The notes under the pieces are model-generated. The model was not told the origin of the DNA. It made no database searches and saw only the letters and a program-made list of their open reading frames with translations. A DNA stretch of 63,728 nucleotides, the filler included, from Klebsormidium nitens (taxonomy: Eukaryota; Plantae; Klebsormidiophyceae): NCBI GenBank assembly GCA_000708835.1. It is 7 parts of 7 records of this genome, joined end to end, with 100 filler letters (N's around TTAATTAATTAA, not from the genome) between each part and the next. Parts side by side here need not be neighbours in the genome. Positions count along the whole stretch, not along the records: positions 1 to 13,364 come from DF238068.1; positions 13,465 to 39,114 come from DF237835.1; 5 more parts are not named here. One strand, written 5' to 3'. A program made the translations under genes and the position numbers. Each line of letters opens with the position of its first letter. Position 1 is the first letter of the stretch. Below are positions 12,815 to 24,849 of the stretch, piece after piece.

Positions 12815-12918
12815 TACGTAGCCTCATACCGGCACCTCTCGTGTGATCCGTATTAAACGGGCGTGTGACACAAGCTACCCGGGCACTTCAAACTAAATAC
12901 CTAACCGGAATAATCACC

Positions 12919-12972
12919 CGCTCCGCACCCCAACCCACCCTAACCACCATACCAACCCCACCCGTCCCCCGG
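12919..12972 (+). repeat. Dispersed repeat family, copy 1 (core GCTCCGCA..CC..ACCCACCCTAACCACCA...CCC.ACCCGTCCC)
   Basis: The same core occurs at about 20970-21020 (+) and 24085-24142 (-). Confidence 0.7.
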
Positions 12973-13364
12973 GTGCCTATCTTAGGTCGCACGAGAGTTA
13001 TCGGAGTAGTAGCCTCGGTTCTTGATGGCCGTAACGTTGACACTTCGGACGGTTCGAGGTGGTCGATACTAGCCGACCTTCCGATCGGACGGTTGTGGAA
13101 TCGCCTCACTTCTAGATTATGAACAGCTCACCACTTCGATTCTGAAGCCTATGAAGATCGAAGCTTGCCAGGTGTGCATGCTAGTGTGCATGCTAGCCAA
13201 GAGTCACCCCCTCGCGGACAGTGCCACTTCGTCATCCCCTGCTGTACGCGAGCCCGCGCGCGCGCGGAAGGCGTTTCGCGCGGCGGCCGGCGACCGAGAA
13301 GATATTTGGGTGGCGTTCAGGCGTCGACGGCGACGATGAAGACCACCAGTAGTTAGAGTCGTAG

Positions 13365-13464
13365 NNNNNNNNNNNNNNNNNNNNNNNNNNNNNNNNNNNN
13401 NNNNNNNNTTAATTAATTAANNNNNNNNNNNNNNNNNNNNNNNNNNNNNNNNNNNNNNNNNNNN
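13365..13464. other. Artificial contig spacer
   Basis: 44 N + TTAATTAATTAA (stops in all six frames) + 44 N. Identical spacers at 39115-39214, 50005-50104, 53365-53464, 56634-56733 and 62158-62257. Confidence 0.98.
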
Positions 13465-13507
13465 GAAGCTTCGCATGGTTTCCGCACATGTGAAGTAGAC
13501 AGGCAGC

Positions 13508-13531
13508 GTGTGACCCTGTCCAACCGTCACA
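13508..13531 (+). repeat. Short repeat terminus shared with the start of contig 6
   Basis: GTGTGACCCTGTCCAACCGTCACA matches 56734-56757 at 23/24. Both copies lie near contig starts, so this is probably the end of an LTR or other repeat. Confidence 0.5.
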
Positions 13532-14158
13532 GTGACGAGGGGGGTCAGGCCGCCATAGACAGCGCCCCTCACGACGGCGCTGCACACCTCAAAAGTGTGA
13601 GAGTAGAGAAGAGGCCCGCCATGGCAAGAGGCCACGCGGGGAGACGGAGAGAACACGCTGTCGGTGCTCGCTAACAACTCTCTCTCTCTACTCGCTGCTC
13701 GCAAACGCTCGCAATCGCTGGTGACAGGGGCTGTAAACAAACGATAGGGCGCTCAAAGCTGGAAAGCTGTGAACAACCTAGGAAATTTGTGACTTGAACA
13801 AATGCAAGCGATCTGCATTTGAGCCCCGGAGTCACTTGTCCGCGTCAGCTCAGCTTTGCTATAGCACAAATGCTAAGGGATCCCTTTGGTGCAAGCCAGG
13901 CTTAGCCAAATGGCGAGGGCTTGAAGGCCGTCGATCGTCGCATCGAACGGTTCTTATTTGCTCTTGGGGTCGCCGCGCGGCGCTTTCGGGAGCGTGGCGG
14001 CTGCCAGCCGGCGGCACGGCCGCTCCGCAATCATTGAATTTGTTCAGTGTGATCGAGGCGGCGCCACATCCTTGCATCCCTGAAGGCGCAATTTTGCAAG
14101 GGAGTACGTAATAATGTTCTTAGAGCGCTTTCAAGAAGCAATTTTCAGCTCATGCAAA

Positions 14159-17100
14159 ATGGAAGAAGAGAAAGCAGCTGCTCTATATGAGTCCCTCAGT
14201 CGACAGGGCCTAGGGGCCGCGCGGTTCAAGCAGGGGTTGGGGTTCGGCGGCGGGGGTGGATTCGATGCAGGCGGCCCGGATTCTCCTGCAGCTCCTATTG
14301 CATTCAAAAAAGCGGGGGCTGACTTCAGCTCTGAAATCGAAAATGCTGAGAAGCAGCGGAATGAGGATGATGCTGTGTGGTCAGCAAAAAGGAATGCACA
14401 TGAGAGCGCAAGAGTGGTGCGGAGCATTGCAGATAAGTTGAGCGGGAGGCGCAGCAGACGGGATGATGGTGAGAGAAAAAGGGGTCATGATAGTGACTCT
14501 GAGGAAGAAAGGGGTGTGAAGCGGTCTATTCGCAGGGGAAGGAGTCCTGATTCGGAGGGAGAAGATCACCGAAGGCGGCAGGATAGTGCGTCTCCTAGGA
14601 TATTCAGGAGTTCCCCTGAGGGCCCTGTTGAGAGAAAACATGAGAGTCGGAGGGAAAGGAGTCCCAGTCATGGAGGTAGCGATGAGGAGGACAGGGCCCG
14701 GGAGAGGCGCATTGCAGAGAGACGGAAGAAAGAAAGGAAAGAAGAAGGAAAGTCTGGCAGGTCTGGTGCTGATAAAAGAGAGAGTGACAGAGGTTCTCAT
14801 AGGGAAGGAAGGTCAGAAGACCGTCAGAGGAGGGGGGAGGAGAGACCTCAAAGAGTTGACACCAGAAGGAGGTCGAGGAGTCGGAGCAGGGAGAGGGAGA
14901 GGCGTGGTGTCAGTAACAGGGGCTCGGACGGGCGGAGGGATAGGAGGGAGGATGAGCGGCGAAACGAACGGTGCGGGTTTTGGCTCTTGTAAATTGTGCC
15001 GTAGGTTTGTAGTGTCCTTGCTCAATTCTTTGATGATGAGTGATGGTGGTCTGCAGGGACCTTTTTGCAGCAAGGTATCATGGCGTCCTGCTTACGCAAC
15101 CACAATCTGCAAGTACTGATTCAATACATGGTGGATGTGACAGTCAATCCGTCTTCCTGTTGTGAGGCCAAGTCACTTGAGGTCATTGTTGTAGTCCCAA
15201 CTAGTCTTGGAAGTTGTGTCACAGACCTTTCTTGAACCCTGTTCTCTTCTTTCCAAGTCCTTCGTATTTTCGCCCGTTTTTGCCTCATGCTGATCTCAGT
15301 TTCCTTTGGCAAACCCAAGATGATTTGGGGCTAATGCAATGTGCTCTGTGGCAACGTCTTGGCTCCCCCTTGATGCAGGAGTGATAGGGAAAGGAGGCGA
15401 GAGGAACCTCTGGAAAGATCCAGCGACAGGGACCATCGCAGGCACGCAGAGAGAAGCTCTAGACGGGAGCGAAGCCCCGGCAGAGGGAGGGACGCGGCCC
15501 GACAGGCTGTCAAAGTGAAGGCGAAGGATGATGTCATCGATTACGCGGAGGTCATCAGGGGCTACGAGAACATGGTACGTAGTTGCTACCGTTATGTTTC
15601 ATCTGTGCGAGGATATATTTTGGTTCTCATTTCCAAAGAATTGGCGCTCTGTGTTACATTTGATAAAATCCAGTCGCTTTCTGCCTGGGCGCTGTGACTT
15701 TCATTTCTAGGGCAGGTCCTTGGGGTCCTCTTTCCACTTGTGTGGCGATGCATCAGAGAGAGAGCAGAAACGGATGCTGTTGACACTCAGTGTCTCTGGC
15801 ACAGAATGTGATCGAGCAAACCTCAGCAAGACAAATCCAATGCAAAAGGCTCTTTTCCGTTGGGCACTGATGAATGGAAATGCAAACTGACAACCGCTTG
15901 TCAGAGTAGTTGCACGCGTACCTTGTCAACTTGCATGCATGCCGCGAAACCGGTTCTCCGCTGGATCTGTCCCGCTAAATTCCTGTCCTGCTGGAAAAAT
16001 CATCTCGTCTTCCACGTGCTTGTCACAAGCCCGGCATTGTCACAAGCCAGGCTTCTTCCGACTTGAATACGCCTGCTTTCAAATTACGCCTGCTTTCAAA
16101 TATACAAGGGACTGATCAAATGTGCGGAATATGTCGGACGACACCTCTACCGGCACTGCTGTGAACTCTCCCTTGATTCAGTGTCCAGTGTACATGAAAC
16201 ATGCGAGCCTTTTTCAGTTTGAAACGATAGAAAATCCAGGTTGGGAACCTCGAGCCGAACGCTTTAATGCGGACATTTTCGTGCAGGGTGCTGCAGAGAA
16301 GCTTAAGGCTCGGACCAAGTATGCGCTTTCTCAAACAGGTGAGTCAGGGTCCTTTATGTTACCGTTTCTGTTTGGCGCATCAATACGGCGGATTAAGTTG
16401 ACAAAAAACGTGAACGAATGTTAGGGTCTGGGAAGCCGCCAAAAAACGCAACACTTGCAGTAAGATGTTGCTAGCCTGCTTTTTGAAGGTCCCTTTCTGC
16501 TTGACTGTTTGGCGTGCTTCATAAACAGTGTCAGCAATTTTCTGCTTTTGCCAGCAATCAGATTGCAATGTGGGGCTGGTCATTCTACCAGTCTTTTACT
16601 TCACTGCCCCTCTCGAATATCTCTTAGCGTACTGGTTCACCGTATAAGTACAGTTCCCGATACAATCTTCGCTGATATTTCGACAGCGCATGATCACAGC
16701 CTTTCTTCTGGCTCTACTGAAAACCGCTGATACCCGGAAGCCCAAGACTTTAGCATTATTTCGGCCCTATTCTCAACAGAGAACTGCCATGATCTGGTTT
16801 TCCGACTGACCTTCCTTCAAACAAAGACTTCCGGCAGTCATGCTGCGTGAGCCCAAGCTGAAGCAACCGCTTCCTTACCAATTGCTAGAAATCGAAGCCA
16901 TTTCTACCCATCGCATGTCAGGCAATCCATTGTTAACAATCTTGCAGTACGGAAAGACTCTGCGAAGGGCGTATCGACGGAGTGGGAGCGCTTCGACTTC
17001 GATGCGGCGGCGCCGCTCGACGAGGACGCGCGGCAGGACATGTACGGAGGTACGTCGGCATGCCGTGGAAATGACGTCTCATTTTAGCTGATGTATGTCA

Positions 17101-18995
17101 CAGCAAATGCGTGTAATTGTACCAGTTCTTTAATAACGAGCCTCCCTTACCGTTGCAAGTCCATGCCAAAGCGTGTTCCGTCTACGCCACTTCCCGTTTC
17201 GCATTCACTGTCGACGACTCTTTGCCTAACACTAACTTCGTGCAAGAAGTTTGAATTCTTGAGATGTTTCAACCGGCGCTAATCTCGTCTCTTTGTTCCG
17301 CTGCTTCGACCTTCGAGCTCTTTATTGAATAGAAACCCTTGACTAGTGCTCTTAGACGCTTGAGTTCATCCCTATCAAACGCGGCATAAGATCTTGCTCG
17401 ATATGCATGTTTCTGCAAGATTTGCCTTCCTTTACCGCTGCTGGCACACATCTGGCAATTTCAGAATCTTTTGTCGAAGTTGAAATGCGATTGACTGCGT
17501 GTTTGTGCTTTGACGCAGATGACACCAAGGCGGGGGATGACGCAGCTCATCTCCTCAACACGGGCAGCACGTTCGGCATCGCGAAGGCGCAGGTGAGCGG
17601 CTTGAGAGCTTATCACAAAATGAACCCCCCAACAAATTGACGTCTGAAAGCCCTCCTCAAAAGTGCTTGCACCACGTAGGCGACAAACAGGACAACACTT
17701 TGACACCACGAAGGCACCGAATATGCCCTAGACGATTGAGTGACGCACATTGGCACGAGGCGGCCTCGCACAGTTTCAAGAGCGCGGAGTCGAGGCCTGC
17801 TAGAACGAATCATGGAACAATTGAGGAGCTACTGTACAGCCACCATACGTCGTTCGTCCCTTCTCAAAGCCCCTCACACTCTGTTTTTCTTGAGTGAATG
17901 TGCTAAGCTAAAGCTCGCGATTTAAGGGTAGCAGCTACTTAATCATCAGCAGCACGTCGTTCTCCCTGCCCAGATGCTCTACCTTACCGCTGACGTCACC
18001 ACTCATTGCTTATCCACAGGCCGTACGAGAAGCCGAGAAGCAGGCCCCCCACGACTCCCCCCATCTTCGGCCTGCCCGTCGACCGCTCAGGGGACGCTGC
18101 TCCGGGTACTAAAACGCCCCTTTTCCGCTGGGTTACCACTAAAACGCCCATTTTTTGATGACGTCACCACTCGTCACCCTTTCGCAGGCCGTCCGTGAGG
18201 CCGAGAAGCAGGCCGCCCACGACGCCGCCATCTTCGGGCTGCCCGTCGACCGCTCGGGGGATCCCGCTGTCCCGAGCACTAAGATGCCCGAAAAGGCCCC
18301 GGTGTTTGTGCCCGGGGATAGCGAGGAGGACGAGGAGGACCGCCCGGTGATTGTTGAAGAGGAGCCGCAGGCGGAGGCGCAGCAACCGGAAACGAAGGCC
18401 GAGGTAAGAGTCGTTTGCCGTTTCTGATTTCTCGTTTCTCTTTTCGTTTTCTCTTTGCGTTCTCCGTTTTCGTTCCGTTTTCCGTTCTCGTCGTCAATTT
18501 CGTCTCTGTGGTCGTCTTCGTCTTCAATTTCGTTTCTGCTTCGCTTGTTCCACGTATTGAGTGTGGGGTTGATATTAAGTGTAATCCGTTCTGCTTTCTG
18601 CTGTCGGCAGCCAAGCACGCAGCGGTCATCCCGCGGCCTCACTGGCTGCTGACGCATCACGATATGTCAGCCGAATTTGAGCAAGGAACAAAGCTTTGCT
18701 TGACTGCAAAGCCATCGTTTTCGCTTCGCGGGTTCAGTACATCACATATGGATCTTAGGCAAAACAGGCGTTGCTCGGTGCTGACATCACAAGCCGGGTG
18801 AATTGGGTATCTTTCTGTCCGTCTCAGTCAGTAGAGAAGCTGACACTACAACTTGCTTGAGCAACAGAGTGTTACAATCTATCTTTGCAGGCGCCAGTAA
18901 AGGCCGCTGTTCCGTCCTGGAAGGAGCGCGCTCTCAAGGCGCAGCAGGCAAGGAAGCAGGCGGCCGAGGCAGCGGAGGCCGCCGCCCCTAGTTAG
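14159..18995 (+). CDS. Conserved uncharacterised plant-type RS/RD-rich protein, 7 exons
   Basis: Exons 14159-14970, 15379-15574, 16287-16338, 16948-17049, 17519-17592, 18188-18403, 18891-18995, GT-AG and phase-consistent. MEEEKAAALYESLSRQGLGAARFKQGLGF, a long RS/RD tract, then IDYAEVIRGYENM-AAEKLKARTKYALSQT-KDSAKGVSTEWERFDFD...HDAAIFG. From memory this resembles a land-plant protein family of unknown function. Confidence 0.8.
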
Positions 18996-19481
18996 CCAGT
19001 CCAGGTAAGCGTGAATGTTTAGAGGAGATTGGACCGGTGACCTGATTTCTTTTCCCCTTTTCTAGCTTGGTGCTGTGAGGATCTTTTTGGAGTATTGGTT
19101 TCTAGTGGGGTTGCCTGTCGCCCGCTATACTTGCTCTCTGCTTGACTGACAAACGCTTCGGTCTCATTTGCAAGCATATCCTGCTTGACGCATATCCGCA
19201 CGCCCGTATTATCCACCACAGCATAAGCCATAGCCACTCAGTAATGCTGACCGTTGCCCCCGTTTCTATCTGAGCCACCTCGTCCAACATCGTCACGACC
19301 AGGTTGCGGGCGCTCCCCTCAGCCAGCTAGTTTTACACGTCCGCCAACTGCCGCCAAAAGCTACATTAAATACATCGGACGTTCAACTTACGGACTTCTC
19401 GAGACAGCCTTCTTCGGAGTGTGTGACTCTTCTTATCTAGCTGCGACTTCCCCCAACATCGTTTCTCCGTCCGCCTTCCAG

Positions 19482-20319
19482 ACCCCACCTGACGCCGAAG
19501 GGCACAACGCTGACAGTGGAGGCAAGGAAAGCACCCGTTGACTACGAGGAGCTGCGCAAGCAACAGGAGCATAGTATTGGTGCTTACATGTCCCCATCAG
19601 TCCTTCATTTCCTTGCTGCAATTGGGACCTACTTCAAAGCGAACAGGATGTACCGCGTTTACAAAGGTAAGCTCGGCGTCCTGTTTGATTGGCAGGCCCT
19701 GTGTAAAATGCCCGTCCAAAGGTTTTGGGGTGCCTCCTCTGACGGCTGGAGCACGCCTTTAGGTTCGGTGTTAAGTCAAACCTGGCGGGACGTTCAGAAA
19801 TTGCGCGGGGCTGAGCCAATTACGTTTGGCCTTTTCACCAGCACGGCAAGATAGGATGAATGGCGGAGCAGATGCGAGACGTGCGCCCCTTTGTTTTACA
19901 GCGGATTGTCAACGGCGAAAAAGCGGAAGAATTCTGGACAATTGGACCCTTCCAGCGCTTGCTCCTCATGACTCAAATGCAGATGTTGTAGCCCAGGCAC
20001 TGAAGGCTTCTTGCCCAAAACACTCAGGCCCTGTGTTCCCGGAGATGGATCAGAGGCATTTGACGTGTAACTTTTGCGCAGTTCCTTCTGAATGGTCCGA
20101 TGTGCCGAGCCTTGATTGTGTATCACGGCTTCGTTTCATGCAGGAGTGTCGAACAAGCGAGTGATTGGGAATATCTTCAAGAAAGCGCCGCAAAATCGTG
20201 AAGTGGGTGCGCTCGTAGTGGGAAAAGGCAGGCTGATCTTGTTCGTACAATGCCGTAGAACAACTCCCGGGCATCAGGATTTGCGAATGTATAGAGCTTG
20301 TACGATGTGCCGCTTGTGA
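19482..20319 (+). CDS. Possible small spliced gene, 5' end not found
   Basis: Acceptor CCTTCCAG at 19481, exon 19482-19666 with donor G|GTAAGC, acceptor TTCATGCAG at 20143, and an in-phase exon to TGA 20319. No recognisable domain. Confidence 0.3.
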
Positions 20320-20879
20320 TGGCTCAAATTCTTAAGGCTTTACTTGCTATGGTGGACTGCCTCCCCTTGAAGGAAGTTTGACGAGAGTATGACATGTGTT
20401 ACCCAGACCGGGCCTTTCATCTCTGATGTGCGGAAATGGCAGATTGGGAAAGCGAGCTTAATGCACATGTACGTACGCCAGAACGAGTCGTATTCCGCTT
20501 CCTCAGGATGGGAGCAGAAGGCCGAATGACCTGCAGGGTGGTAGTTGGGGCGGCAGTTGTCGCCCACAATGTCCCGCTCACAATGTCCCGCTGAAAGAGT
20601 TGGGTCCAAATTCGATGTCGCGAAAAATGAACGTGGTTGTGATTTGTATCGGGCTCAACCGTGTACATTGTCACGGCAATGTTACAGGAGATCTGCGCTT
20701 GATTCGCGTACTGCCATAGCTCGGCCACAAATGTTTTTGAATAGTATGTAGATATTTTCGATCATGTTTACGAACTCTTCGTTCCTGACGTGGTGGTCGC
20801 GGGGGAGGGGGCTTGAGGCCATTGGTCGGGGCGCAACCCCGGCTGCTTTTCCCATCTAATGTCAGCTAGGGCAAATTCC

Positions 20880-21020
20880 AAATTAAACTCAAGAAAGATA
20901 ATAAAATAGTAAGCCAAGATTTAATAGTAAGCTCCGACTAACACGAAAAGTCCTAACCCAAAAAATACACTCGCTCCGCATCCGTACCCACCCTAACCAC
21001 CAAAGTAACCCTACCCGTCC
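20880..21020 (+). repeat. Dispersed repeat family, copy 2
   Basis: About 140 bp similar to the reverse complement of 24085-24225 (AAGCCAAGAT..AATA.TAAGCTCCGA..AACAC.AAAA..CCT.ACC.AAAAA...GCTCCGCA). Confidence 0.7.
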
Positions 21021-21831
21021 CAGTGCGGCTACCTTTAACTGTTCTCTCGGGTTATTCTTTTTCTCGAGTTTGATGCAAGATCCCCCCTATTTTGACCCGG
21101 TTTGTATTACTTGTGATGCCATGGGCTTGAGGCGAGCGCTTCAACTGCCCCGGGGGGGGGGGCTTGTGCCAAGTTGTGGCCTGTGGGCCGCGTGGCCCTC
21201 GATCAGGCTGCGTGAGCTAGAAAGTGGCGCCGCGGCCCGACTTCAAAATGACGGTACGTACCCTAAACATCCCTGGGTGTGGGACCGTCGAGGGGGGATG
21301 ACGTGGCTCCCTGCCGGTCGCCTGGATTTAATGCCGAAATTCATGTGTGCTCATCATGAGCCTCATGGAGTGGCAACATTTCGTCAGAGTCGAGAAAGGT
21401 TGGAACTTGTCGGGTGGAGCATGCTGCATCCGACGCGATTCGCAACGTTGAACGTACCGTACGGCTGCCTCCAATGAATGATTTCCGCACAGGGGTGCTG
21501 CCCCGCGTCGCATTCTTCTCTTGAGTGCCACGCTGATTTGATCCTGGCCGCAAATTAGTTGCTGATGGGATCAAGGCGCGATCGGCTTCTCGAGCCTTCT
21601 CCATTTTAGGTGCAGTACCTCGCAATCTAGTGAGCTGGCAAGTGACAGTTGAGAACCTCTGCGCAGTTGTGAAAGTTGAAACTGTCAACGTCCTCCTGCA
21701 TTGAGTTTACCTCAGCAACCTGATCGACCATACCAAGCGAAAGCAAGATTACTCTACATTCCTAGACCGCATTGTTGATCACTTGCAAGCCGCATCAGTC
21801 AGCTGTCTCCTGCTTTGATCGTCCAGCTACC

Positions 21832-24800
21832 ATGGCCCGATCCCTCCCCCTCGTGTGCGTGGCCCTGACGCTCTCCCTTTTGGCGGCTGTGCCCTGCTCT
21901 GCGCAGACTAACCTCACCCAAACCCTCCTTAGCCTGCAGACTGACTCCACCTACAGCACCGTGGCCACCGCAATCGTTGCTGCCAACCTCACTGAGCCAA
22001 TCGTGTCTCTGTCGGACTCTAGCGGAGTCACTCTGCTGGCCCCGAACAATGAGGCCTTCAATGCCCTGGGCAACGCTACTGTGAGCTGCTTGCTGGCGCA
22101 GCCGGGACTGGTCCTGCTCTCCACAGTCCTCAGGTACCATGTGATCGCTGGCTTCTACAATTCCACTGCGATCGTGGCGGCTGCGCCCGTGGTAAGTCTC
22201 CTGCCAGATCATCAATTTGAAATCAATCAGTGCATCAATAAGAAACGCAGAGTTTTGGCTCTTCTTGAGAATGATCCTTCTACCAAGCTCCTTGATTGGC
22301 ATCTTATCAGTGAGTTCACATCAGAACAACGCGTGTGCCACTTGTAGAAACTTATGTATCCCAAAACTGTCATTTCTGAAGTACGCTAACTTTTAGTGAG
22401 CTCATAAATGAGCTCATTATTTGGCTGTTGCCAAATGAGGGGATCGTTCTTGAGCATGCTGGGTTCAGCTGGTTGTTCCTCAATGGAACTGATCAAACCT
22501 TCCCTCTTGCGTAAAAGTGAGACATCCCCAGGGCAGTCGGTTTCCCTTGTTGAATAGGGAGCGCTTGAACCGATCATGTTCGTCCTCTACCTCTTGTTTA
22601 TGATTTACCTCAAGGAAGAGTTGGTTCATTGTATGCATTCTATATGCAAAGCTGTTTCATGATTGAGATTGGCAAGGTACTCGTATATAGGTTGAGAGTG
22701 CTCTATTGTTCAACCAGGGGAACAAGCTGGCTTTCCTTCACTTTTGATATTTAGCCAGAGGCAATGCAACCTGTTGATGGCTTTTCCCTCTCGCAGAGTA
22801 GCTGAACATTCTATGCGCAAACATTCTACTGCCCTGTTGTACCTGGCTCAAACTGTCTGCCTGGCAGACAGGCAAAGCTTTGCGAGTTCCATTGCATGCT
22901 TGTTATGTTCACATCTAGCAAAGGCTGCTGTTCCTGAGGGCCGCTTGTCCTGAGCAGTTCTTTTCAGTGATAGAAGACAAGATAGAAAACAGCTACTTCC
23001 CCACCCTGTCAAAGTGGGGCTCACAGGCGTTTAACGAGAGCCCTGAATTTCGTCTGATCATGCTGTTGCAGAGCCTGCCTTCTGTCCTTGGGCCCGACCT
23101 CAACATCACAGTTTCTGGTTCCACAGTCCAAGGTACGTTGTGAGATTACTTACAAAGTAATCTGTATAGTACGGATCTGCGAGGTAATCTGCAAACTTAT
23201 CTGAGCAGGATGAAACATGAAATTATGATGCGATATCTTGCAGGAGATATTGTTGTGCAGGTGTCTCAGATTAGATGGGCACAGAGAAGCCGCTTGCATA
23301 TCATCTGTTTGAAACACCATTGTGAGGCTTTTAGTCTAGTCTTCCAATGGTTTTTTTGGCAGCAAGCCCATGATTCTTAGAGACAGGAAGGAGGTCGCTG
23401 CTGCGCTCAATCTTTTCTGTGGAAATTGCGTAAGTCCTCCAATTCTTAGCACAAAAAGCAACTTTCTCTTCTCTCTCGATTCATGTCAAACTCGCACGAG
23501 AACGGATTTCATCAAAGAGAACAAGCCATCAACCTTGCCTCGAAGACCCTTCTTCACAGCATGCAGGGCGCCCTTTCACAAGCAGATAACATAGAAGGGT
23601 CTCTGGGCAACAAGTACAACACTGCTCCAGAAGTCATTCGATCTAGAAACGGATTGCAGGCCACTTCTTCTGCCGCTTCCCAATGGTTGCAGGTCATCGC
23701 TTTCTGAGAACTTTTGTGCCCCACATTCTTACACAATGTGTCCTTCTTCATGTGACATTTTCTTCAGCAATTTACCTCATATCTTGGAAAGTAATTTGGA
23801 TGTAAAAGATGGTCGCAATAACACAACCGCTCAATCTTTGCAGTGAACACCGTGCCTGTGGTCGCACCGGATGTCATCCAGGCCATTCCCAGCGCCGTCG
23901 TTCACGGCATTAGCTCCGTGCTCATTCCCCCGGGGGGTCTCCAGGCTGTCCAGGCATACTGTGCTTCAGCTCCCACCACGCCCACACCTGTCGGAGCATC
24001 ATCAGGTAGAGCGTCAATCGTTTACTGGTGTGCTCTTTTTCTTGAAATTCAAGAAATAATTGTAAGCCGGGATAATATCAAGGTAACCACACCGGGACCG
24101 GTAGGGTTAGTTTGGTGGTTAGGGTGGGTACGGGTGCGGAGCAGGTGCTTTTTTCGGTCAGGGTTTTTAGTGTTGATCGGAGCTTATTATTGTTATCTTG
24201 GCTTGATATCATCGAGTTTCTGTTGTCTGTCTCTTGCAAGCGGCTCTTGGCTTACAACCGCAGCAGCGTCCGATTCAGTGGCACTTCTAAGATGCCGCCT
24301 TCCATGAAGCATTTACTCAAATCCCCTCTTGTTTACCAGGTTCCTGAAGTGGAGCTTTACACTTCGGACTCTAAATTCTCAGCGGATTTGAGTTTCACGA
24401 AGATCAACCGTTCTGCGGTTCTCTGCGGTAGAGAAGACGCTGTGAAGCTGCTTTCGAATATGATTCTGATAAGCTTCGGTTGTGCGGAATTTGGATATTG
24501 TAGGCTCTCGTATGATGTTGTACACTTTCGAAAGCTCTCCTCGATTTGACGGTCGGACAATCGGGCTTCCATGTGACGGTTGATCCATCTGGAGACTTCT
24601 CAGCTGCGCCTAAACCTTATTCTAGGAAAGTTGCAGCCCAACTCAGCAGTAAAAACGTCGACCGAAATGTCACTCGGGTGTTGCACTTATGTATATAGGA
24701 CTTGCCAGGATAAAAGAAGACATGCCATCCCATGTCGACCTCAACTGAATCCCATCACACCGGATTTTTCTGCAGGGCTTTTGTCGGGCTTCAACGGGCT

Positions 24801-24849
24801 CTTCGCTCTCGCCATGTTTGCGGTCTGCGCTCTCCAGGTACTGCTATAA
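21832..24849 (+). CDS. Fasciclin (FAS1) domain protein, FLA-like, with signal peptide and probable GPI signal
   Basis: Exons 21832-22191, 23072-23132, 23844-24005, 24776-24849, phase-consistent. H1 motif GVTLLAPNNEAF, LRYHVI, H2 motif VVHGISSVLIP, a Pro/Thr/Ala tract and a hydrophobic C-terminus. Confidence 0.9.
24085..24225 (-). repeat. Dispersed repeat family, copy 3, in the last intron of the fasciclin gene
   Basis: The reverse complement matches copies 1 and 2. Confidence 0.7.

Noticed and set aside
16065-16101. Short tandem duplications here and at about 36573-36604
   Set aside because: Ordinary two-copy 17-20 bp intronic slippage repeats.
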